From positions 1 through 43,753 of IMG/VR virus record IMGVR_UViG_3300010362_000038: DNA of 43,753 nt. The stretch is one strand, 5' to 3'. Every line of letters begins with the position of its first letter. Positions within the stretch are counted from its first letter, which is position 1. The notes under the pieces were generated by a model that was given only the letters and a program-made list of their open reading frames with translations, had not been told where the DNA came from and ran no database searches. This stretch comes from a virus (Duplodnaviria > Caudoviricetes). The translations under genes and the position numbers were made by a program. Positions 37,089 to 43,753 of the stretch are shown here, piece by piece.

Positions 37089-38180
37089 TTACTGTTTACT
37101 ACCCTCCATAGACCTGTGCGATGGTCCTTTGAAGCTCGCCAGATCGACAACGGTTCCCGACTTCCACTTTTCCCCGACCGCACGAACCACCCTCTCCACG
37201 GAAATATCAGAGATGCAAGCTGCACCATTATTCTCCTTATTCGGTACGCAGGTACTGATATCATCGTGTAGCCGATGACACGGCCAACAAGGGACCCTAT
37301 TCGGGTCCGCGTGAAGGGTTGTGGTGTTGATCCAGTGTTTGGTGATGTTCTCCCCGCTCGCGTGCGAGACCATAATCACCTTCGGCATTGGCTCAAGGGC
37401 CACGGCCCACGCTGGGCCTGTGTCAGGAGCGACCACGAGGGATGCACCATGCACAAGTGCAAGGCTGGTCCGCAAGGGCCAACAAGCCGGACCATCCTGG
37501 GGGACTGCGATATGGAGTCCCTCGCGGCCGCCATTCTGGAGTTCCACATTCTCCTTGATTACCTTCGCCATCGCCTGTTCTTTTTCACTCGGACCGCCCA
37601 TCAGGAGAACTGGCGCATCAACTTCCTTAATAATCCGCGCAATAGCATAATAAGCCAACGGATACACTTTATCAATCCGAGTCCCACTAAGTACCCAACA
37701 AATGTAGCGGTCTCCCATGATCGATGTAACCTGGCGCGCCAGCCGCTTTTCTTCGTCCGTCGGAAAGTACAATGGGCCGAAATCATAGGGCACTCCAGCG
37801 ATCTCGTGGGCAGTCTCCAAATACGATCCAGCGCAAATTCTCCGTCGCATCTCATCAGGCCACCAGAACGAGGTCATTATTCGAAAGACTGCGTGGCGGC
37901 CTTCCATTGAGTGGGATGCGTGAACAAAGACATCGTACTCCTTAGCTCGGCCTCGCATCCACTCTTGCCACTTGCCGAGATCGTTCTCGGCGATGTCCAG
38001 CTGGACATTCTTCACAGTAAGCTTGTCGATCCAGGGATTATTATGGAAAACTACATGATTGGGTTCACTGGTGAGCACCTCGACCATGTAGCCCTGCCGT
38101 TTGAGAGCGCGCGCGGGCGAGGCCGCGACCAGATTATCGCCCACCCCACCCATTCGGGCTATCGCGGCCCAGCGCTTCAC
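37089..38180 (-). CDS. GT9-family (heptosyltransferase-like, GT-B) glycosyltransferase
   Basis: R.GGVGD.L, NNPWID, K.YP, LMGGP.E, LVVAPDTGP, CWPCH...C...CI..I. Confidence 0.85.
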   Translation of the reverse strand: MKRWAAIARMGGVGDNLVAASPARALKRQGYMVEVLTSEPNHVVFHNNPWIDKLTVKNVQLDIAENDLGKWQEWMRGRAKEYDVFVHASHSMEGRHAVFRIMTSFWWPDEMRRRICAGSYLETAHEIAGVPYDFGPLYFPTDEEKRLARQVTSIMGDRYICWVLSGTRIDKVYPLAYYAIARIIKEVDAPVLLMGGPSEKEQAMAKVIKENVELQNGGREGLHIAVPQDGPACWPLRTSLALVHGASLVVAPDTGPAWAVALEPMPKVIMVSHASGENITKHWINTTTLHADPNRVPCWPCHRLHDDISTCVPNKENNGAACISDISVERVVRAVGEKWKSGTVVDLASFKGPSHRSMEGSKQ

Positions 38181-38437
38181 AGTCCACCGCCCCCCGCTCC
38201 GGTAACGACGGCCGAGACCGAGTGAAGCATCGGCTTCACTGGCTTGCCCTGGAGGTAGTGGATCATTCGGCGCTGTTGGTTCACCCGATCCTCTGTGGCC
38301 TCAAGCATTCCTTCGAACAACTCGAGCAACTGCTCGGGAGTCTCTCCGCCCTCGCGCCGCTCGTGGATTTCCCACGCCAGATCGCGGAGTTCGCGAGCGA
38401 ACTTATTGAACAGTTCTTTTGCCTCATCCTGAGTCAT
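38177..38437 (-). CDS. Hypothetical helical protein
   Basis: GGAGG RBS; TAATG coupling to the terminase gene. Confidence 0.7.
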   Translation of the reverse strand: MTQDEAKELFNKFARELRDLAWEIHERREGGETPEQLLELFEGMLEATEDRVNQQRRMIHYLQGKPVKPMLHSVSAVVTGAGGGGL

Positions 38438-39954
38438 TAGTACGCCCTCCAATCTCCCGCCCCCTGTAGGGGCTTCGACACATACCCGATCTTAACTGAC
38501 TCTGAGACCTTTCGCACCACTGGCGCATAGGGCCTCGACATGCACGCGTAGCGCCATTCATCTCCAGCGTGATCCTCGCTCTCAGTATCTACGTCCTCAA
38601 GCCGTGCCGCGTCGTGCTGGAGTGCGGGAATAGTGCGGATACTGTCATGGTGGTTGCTCATACAGTAGATTGCTGGGATGTCGTTCTCTCCGAGCAACCT
38701 GGCTCGCATTTGGTCCCATCCTCCCATACGACCGGCAGTAGGTACCCGAGCGTTGTCAGCCTCATGGAAGGGACGCAGCTTTGCGGCAATAAGTACCCTG
38801 TTGATCCGCTCGGCGATAGAGGGCCCACCGTCTTCCTTGAAACAAGCTGGATCGAGTACACCATACCGGAGGACATCCTTGGACTCCCTCTTAACGATGC
38901 CGGAGGCAACTTGCTCTGCGGTCATCTTCATCCCAACATTGGGGCCGACTGCCCCATACCACTCCTTGTATCGAATAAGAGCGCCCCGTGGGAGGAACCG
39001 TTTGCACCCTGTCACGTAGTCATCCGCCACTATAGCCCACCAGCCGATGGAAAAGGGCTTCGCCGAGCCCCAGTCCATCGACCGGAATCGAGCCCACTCG
39101 CTGGGGGGCCTAAAGGGCTCGATAACATGCCGATCATAGCGCCAACAGTCGAAGAAGGCGCCCTCGATCACGGTCCAATCACCCTCCAGCCATGCGCGGA
39201 CCATAGAGTCGCTTGCGAGGCCTTTCAGGCGGTCTCGATAGGTAGGATCAGAGGCAAGCAGTATTGCATTGTCCCGCAAGCGAGCGGGGATAAACATCCG
39301 TCTCGCCTTTACAGTGGGATCTGTAACTGGTTGATATCCTCCGGGGGCGGGATCGACGAAATAAGCCTTGACCCAATGATGTCCCACTCCTCCCGGGTTG
39401 GCAGCCGCCCGAATACGTTTAGTTGGAACCTCTTGAGCGGACCGCAAGCGGGCTCTAAGAAAACGGTAACCGTAGTCAGTTGGCCACTGTGTAAGTTCGT
39501 CCCATCCAATCCAGGTATATTGGTGACCCTGATATCGAGTCGCATCGGCGTCCCTCTCTATATACCTCATTCGCAGTTGCGCGCCGTTGGGCCAAGTCCA
39601 CGTTTTCGCCTGCTCGTGCCAAGTCGCGCCACTCGCGGGGTAGATTTCACGCGAGCGTCGCAGGAGATCCTCTAACTCATTATAGGTCCGCCGAAAGAGG
39701 ACCCCCTGCCACGCTCGTCCGTAGGTGGGCACATCCTGGAGGAAATCCCCGAGCAAGAAGTCGCTCTTTCCTCCTCCTGCGGCACCACCATAGAACAACT
39801 CGTTACACCAAGTAGCCATTATGGCCTCGGTCTGGGGACCCGGCTGAGGGCTCCAAACAAAGGTCTTGGTCTCTGTGGGATCGAGCCTTTGCACTTTATA
39901 TCCGAGTCCGCTTCGCGGTAGGACTATCGTGGAATTGGCCCGATTGGACGACAC
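38437..39954 (-). CDS. terL: Terminase large subunit
   Basis: PQPGPQ, YGGAAGGGKS, GWDELT, ANPGG.GH.W, MDWG..KPF, EDHAGDEWRY; start codon uncertain. Confidence 0.95.
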   Translation of the reverse strand: MSSNRANSTIVLPRSGLGYKVQRLDPTETKTFVWSPQPGPQTEAIMATWCNELFYGGAAGGGKSDFLLGDFLQDVPTYGRAWQGVLFRRTYNELEDLLRRSREIYPASGATWHEQAKTWTWPNGAQLRMRYIERDADATRYQGHQYTWIGWDELTQWPTDYGYRFLRARLRSAQEVPTKRIRAAANPGGVGHHWVKAYFVDPAPGGYQPVTDPTVKARRMFIPARLRDNAILLASDPTYRDRLKGLASDSMVRAWLEGDWTVIEGAFFDCWRYDRHVIEPFRPPSEWARFRSMDWGSAKPFSIGWWAIVADDYVTGCKRFLPRGALIRYKEWYGAVGPNVGMKMTAEQVASGIVKRESKDVLRYGVLDPACFKEDGGPSIAERINRVLIAAKLRPFHEADNARVPTAGRMGGWDQMRARLLGENDIPAIYCMSNHHDSIRTIPALQHDAARLEDVDTESEDHAGDEWRYACMSRPYAPVVRKVSESVKIGYVSKPLQGAGDWRAY

Positions 39955-40118
39955 TTATTGGTATTGCCCTTGCCTTTACCCTGACTAACATTGACCCAGG
40001 CACAGTCGGTGCGGTCGTCACAGGTTACCGCTGATTTGATCGACTGACAGGGTTTCTTCGGAGCCCCGAGCGCTGGAACGATCGCTATTGCAAGCAGAAG
40101 CAGTATCCTCCACCACAT
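39924..40118 (-). CDS. Small secreted Cys-rich peptide
   Basis: AGGAGG RBS; signal peptide WWRILLLLAIAIVPALGA; four Cys. Confidence 0.65.
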   Translation of the reverse strand: MWWRILLLLAIAIVPALGAPKKPCQSIKSAVTCDDRTDCAWVNVSQGKGKGNTNKCRPIGPIPR

Positions 40119-40127
40119 TTATGCCTC

Positions 40128-40904
40128 CTATGGAGCGTGGGCCTCTTTACGTCGATTAACCTTGGTTGACGAAGACTGTCCAGTCTGCCGGACCTTGACC
40201 TCGATATCCGGCGGCGCAGAGATCATGACCGTGACCACCTCTCGTGCCGGAGGTACAGGGCTTGGCTCGGCCTTGCCAGTGGCCCATGTGGCCCGCAGCT
40301 CGGGCCCGCCACCGTCCTTATCGAACGAGTTGATATCGCAGGGGCCGATGCCGCTAATAGTGTGTGGCTGGGGGCCGACTTGGCCGTCGGTAAATTGCCA
40401 GAGCCAATAGACATCCCAACTCTGCTGCCACGTTGGCGTGCCACTGGTATATTGGCATAGCCAGAGGCGCCGGGACCCAAAAAATGGGTCCTTGCCGCTG
40501 ATCTTCTCTTTGGCTGTGTTGCCGCTGTAGATCACGCACTGTCCAGGGCGGCCAAGTTGGTTCTCGACTTCGGTGATCCAGGTCTTCGCGTCCGCGGTGC
40601 TCATCACCTTGCCGTCGTTGTCCTCCCAATCGAGGCAGAACAACTCGTCTGGGTCCGGGCACGCGAACCGCATGAAGTTATCGACTTGTTTATGAACGTC
40701 GCTGTTGTCAGCGAAGTGATAGGCGCCCCAAAGCAGTCCCTCTGCTTTCGCGGCGTGCTGCTGGGCAACGTAGGTATCATCGGTGTAACCGGCTCCTTCG
40801 GTAGCCTTGAAGATCACCCCGAGGATGCCTGCACGTTTTACTGCGCCATAGTCGCTCGCAGGGTCCCAGTGGGACAGATCAACGACCATAGGGAAGATTT
40901 TCAT
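40128..40904 (-). CDS. GH25 muramidase (second lysin)
   Basis: VDLSHW, KATEG, GAYHF, LDWE, LWLCQY, WQFTD, CDIN. Confidence 0.93.
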   Translation of the reverse strand: MKIFPMVVDLSHWDPASDYGAVKRAGILGVIFKATEGAGYTDDTYVAQQHAAKAEGLLWGAYHFADNSDVHKQVDNFMRFACPDPDELFCLDWEDNDGKVMSTADAKTWITEVENQLGRPGQCVIYSGNTAKEKISGKDPFFGSRRLWLCQYTSGTPTWQQSWDVYWLWQFTDGQVGPQPHTISGIGPCDINSFDKDGGGPELRATWATGKAEPSPVPPAREVVTVMISAPPDIEVKVRQTGQSSSTKVNRRKEAHAP

Positions 40905-40939
40905 GAGGCGGTTCCTTGACTACGCTGACCGGCCTTGAT

Positions 40940-41290
40940 TTAGGTCGGGGCCACCTGGATAATCACCGAAGTGATAGTGTTGTTATTACTGGCCGATCTG
41001 CCCATAACTGTCATTGCGTTGTTGATACCTACCTGTGCACGCGAGCTATCCCCCGGCGGCCAGAGATACTCCCGGCATACTTCCTGTGACCATTGCATAG
41101 TCTGCGAGGCGCCTGCCACAGTGGCCCCCGGGGCCACTATATTCATAGTTACGCTCTTGCTGATGCCTTGCGCTGCCGCGTCCGTTCGAGCCTGGATCAG
41201 CGCGTCATCGAGTGGCTGTTGAAGGCGCTTCGCCTCGCCCCCAAGATACTCGTTGATGTAGTCCAACGGAATATTGAAGGTATCGGGCAT
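40940..41290 (-). CDS. Hypothetical protein with internal duplication
   Basis: Two halves each with EYL...SV...VAP. Confidence 0.65.
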   Translation of the reverse strand: MPDTFNIPLDYINEYLGGEAKRLQQPLDDALIQARTDAAAQGISKSVTMNIVAPGATVAGASQTMQWSQEVCREYLWPPGDSSRAQVGINNAMTVMGRSASNNNTITSVIIQVAPT

Positions 41291-41922
41291 TAGTTGAGCC
41301 TCTTGATATCCATCGGCGGCTCAGCAGTGAGATTGAGTTCCTTCGCCCGACGAGCCTCCCATTCCTCGAAGGACTCTTTTGGAGGCCTGTCGATGAAGTC
41401 CTTCGAGACTTTCATGGTGATCTCTTGGCCCGGCCCATGCCCCGTTCTGTCGGCGAATGCCTTGATGACATCGAGGAGCATGGGGACCGAGAACTCCTCG
41501 GGCTTCGCCTGAAGTCGCTCGTGGAGCAGCTCGATCGCATCGAGGCTGATGTCGGCCATACGTTCGCCCAGGTCCGCGAAGATGGCCTTGGCCTCGGCCC
41601 GGTAATCGGCCACGAGCGCCGTGAAGGCGGGATCATTCTTGAGAATGGATATTCGACTCGGCGAATAGCCAGTGATCAGGGAAATCTGTGAGTCCTTGAT
41701 CCCCATCGCCATGCAGCGGGCAAGGGAGTGATGACTGGAGTGGATGCGCATCAATGTAGCGGGCTGTGTGCCCCGATTGATCCGTAGAGCCGCGATATCG
41801 GCTTCACCGAGGTCCCTCGCGTAGGCGGCGTAATCAGAGGGAACCGTGGCCGCCGCGATCTCCTTGATAGCGGTCTCGGACCCAAGGTCCAACTCGTCGA
41901 GGATGTGTTCGGAGTCAGACAT
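41290..41922 (-). CDS. Putative terminase small subunit / HTH protein
   Basis: First gene of the late arm; HTH QISLITGYSPSRISILKNDPAF; DRTGHGP tail. Confidence 0.6.
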   Translation of the reverse strand: MSDSEHILDELDLGSETAIKEIAAATVPSDYAAYARDLGEADIAALRINRGTQPATLMRIHSSHHSLARCMAMGIKDSQISLITGYSPSRISILKNDPAFTALVADYRAEAKAIFADLGERMADISLDAIELLHERLQAKPEEFSVPMLLDVIKAFADRTGHGPGQEITMKVSKDFIDRPPKESFEEWEARRAKELNLTAEPPMDIKRLN

Positions 41923-42053
41923 AGGTATGTTCCGTGATATGACACAGTTCTCGGCGCGCGGTAAATCCTATCAAAATTCTGGCAGATTTACAAGTTGAAT
42001 TTATATCCACTCAAGGGTTAACTTGGATATAATACATACTTTAGCTATTTATC

Positions 42054-42082
42054 TTGCAAACTCTAGTCATCTGTGATACATT
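42054..42082 (+). promoter_or_regulatory. Sigma70-type promoter, probably giving a leaderless mRNA
   Basis: TTGCAA-N17-TACATT with extended TG; ATG42089 starts after a 6-nt gap; no SD sequence. Confidence 0.55.
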
Positions 42083-42088
42083 GATCAA

Positions 42089-42439
42089 ATGAAAATATGC
42101 ATCATCTGCAAGCGCCCAAACGAGACCGATAATAACTTTTATTGTCGCCCATGCTATCTCCGCCGAGTAACAGATATGCGCTGGGCTCGACCAAAGTGGG
42201 CGAAGGTCCGTCCTGCCACTCCAATTCCACCCGCGTGCGAGCACTGTCATGCCAGCTCCAAGAAACTCCGTCTCTTTCCCCATCACCCAGACTATAGTCG
42301 CCCCTACGACGTAGTTTGGCTCTGCGCCCCCTGCCACGGCCGCGAGCATAACCGAGCGCGAGCGATTGCTGAACCGAAGCGAAAAACACCACAGTTAAGT
42401 GGAAAGAGCCTACTGAAATTTCTGGGATTGAGTGACTGA
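42089..42439 (+). CDS. Zinc-finger HNH-like protein
   Basis: CIIC..CRPC, CEHC...HHPDYSRPYDVVWLCAPCH..EH. Confidence 0.8.
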   Translation: MKICIICKRPNETDNNFYCRPCYLRRVTDMRWARPKWAKVRPATPIPPACEHCHASSKKLRLFPHHPDYSRPYDVVWLCAPCHGREHNRARAIAEPKRKTPQLSGKSLLKFLGLSD

Positions 42440-42752
42440 TACGGCTGTTCACTGATGATTTCCTAGCGGGGGTGATGCGCCTCGCGACAGAAAATTTCTT
42501 TTTCCCCCCTCCCGTCAGCAACAATATAATACTCACGTTCCGCGGTCAACTGCATTGACCACAACCTGCATGAACGCGCACAGTGGTCAATGCATTGAAT
42601 GCTGGATGTATTTTTTATTCACGAGGTATGCATCACACACAACTCGGCCATGCGTAAACAGCATGAATATTTATGTGGACTCGCGCCCCGGTTCATGGTA
42701 GGGTGTATGCGTTGGACGGGAAATGGTTCCCGCCACAAATTGGGAGTCGAAA

Positions 42753-43184
42753 ATGGATACCAACGAAACCATCACTGTCACCATTCCGCGGTACACTCGC
42801 GTCATGGTCAACAAAACCGGTCGGGTTATCGAACTGGACAATTCCCGCGCTCCGGCATCGTCCATCGAGTTTGGATGGAATTACGGGTGGGAACAAAAGT
42901 TCAACGACTCGCATTCGTCCATTACCGAGGGCGGAAAAAATCCGTTCCAGGGTACGCGCGCCGAATTCGAGGATGCGATACACGAGGTGACCGACGACAT
43001 CGAGTCCCGGTTCTATGCCGGAACCCTGGGTTCCCGCGCCCGCCGCGTCGAAGACCCGAAAAAGGTTGCACAACGGGAATTCGCCCGGTTGGCCAAGGAC
43101 GACCCGGAACAATTGGCCCAGATGTTGCGGGCGGTTGGGTACGAGGTTCCGACCAAGAAGCAGTCCAAGAAGGACGCGGCCTAA
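42753..43184 (+). CDS. Hypothetical early protein
   Basis: GGGAG RBS; 143 aa; followed by GGGGCG-CAAA-TGCCCC hairpin. Confidence 0.75.
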   Translation: MDTNETITVTIPRYTRVMVNKTGRVIELDNSRAPASSIEFGWNYGWEQKFNDSHSSITEGGKNPFQGTRAEFEDAIHEVTDDIESRFYAGTLGSRARRVEDPKKVAQREFARLAKDDPEQLAQMLRAVGYEVPTKKQSKKDAA

Positions 43185-43233
43185 TAGGGAACGGGGCGCA
43201 AATGCCCCCAACCCTTTCCGGGGGAGTCACCAT

Positions 43234-43320
43234 ATGCCAACCGATCCAGGTTTCGCCGCGATCATCCTGTGCGCCGTTATCGCGCTCGTTCTTATGATGG
43301 AGGTGATAGATGGGGCCTAG
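43234..43320 (+). CDS. Small membrane peptide (28 aa)
   Basis: GGGGAG RBS; FAAIILCAVIALVLMM. Confidence 0.5.
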   Translation: MPTDPGFAAIILCAVIALVLMMEVIDGA

Positions 43321-43753
43321 CGCCCCATCACTCCGAGTGATCGATACGGTTTAACCGCATTGCGGTTGAGCCATATCATAACCCCTATGTTTTACGCCGG
43401 TGCCCCGCCCGGTGTCTTACAGAACGCTTGGGGAAACCTATGTCTGCTATGCTCGAAGGTGGCGGCGCGTTGCGGTTTGGTATGGCTAATAGGTATCAGC
43501 TATTAGGGGTTAGGCCCAGTTTTCGTTGCTCCCAGTGTTCGTTCCTCTTACTCTGTTATTAATTTTTTTTTTTTTTTCTACTACTAGAGAGAGGCGACGC
43601 AGAGACCGAGCCACACCTTTGCCCCAACGGGGGGGGGGGGTCATCGAACATAAAAAACCCATTCAACCCCAAGCTTTCCCTTAGGGGGTTCAACCGTCGA
43701 TTTCCAAGGGCAAACAACCATATCAAACGTCGCACTAGGGAAAAATCGCCAAA

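Larger units (their letters stand above)
1..43753. mobile_element. Tailed dsDNA bacteriophage genome, podovirus-like, near complete
   Basis: Terminase, portal, scaffold, capsid, tail and lysin genes on the - strand converge at ~16300 with a replication arm on the + strand; no host housekeeping genes. Confidence 0.97.

Noticed and set aside
38569-39675. 368-aa + strand ORF
   Set aside because: Antisense shadow of the terminase gene.
1-43753. Lysogeny module, DGR, tRNAs, Z-genome (purZ) or 7-deazaguanine genes, terminal repeats
   Set aside because: No integrase, CI-like repressor, reverse transcriptase, cloverleaf or base-modification pathway genes were recognised, and the two ends share no visible overlap.

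Overview
The window is a near-complete ~44 kb tailed dsDNA phage genome with podovirus-type (P22-like portal/gp4/gp10) morphogenesis genes and an N4-gp56/DUF4043-type capsid. The host is probably an alphaproteobacterium (inference). The + strand arm (1-16303) carries early and replication genes: SF1 helicase, Cas4/RecB-like exonuclease, Sak4-like ATPase, SSB, a ParB-methyltransferase fusion, a family A DNA polymerase, a DUF3987 P-loop protein and several HNH endonucleases. The - strand arm (41922-16300) is the late operon: terminases, GH25 and GH24 lysins, portal, scaffold, capsid, tail and ejection proteins. Four things stand out. (1) A glycosyltransferase/DUF5672/FkbM cassette plus a ~33-repeat Ser/Thr/Gly fibre protein sits between terminase and portal and is a candidate virion-glycosylation system. 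(2) The UDG-exonuclease-PolA polymerase is split into two genes inside its proofreading domain and has non-canonical motif A and B residues. (3) A palindromic AACCGC-N3-GCGGTW-RAG-CCATAY element occurs three times. (4) There are clear footprints of HNH invasion with recoded flanks. No integrase, repressor, primase, RNA polymerase, tRNA or CRISPR array was recognised. The window starts inside an ORF and shows no terminal overlap, so some genes may be missing. All family calls are from motifs read by eye, not from database searches.
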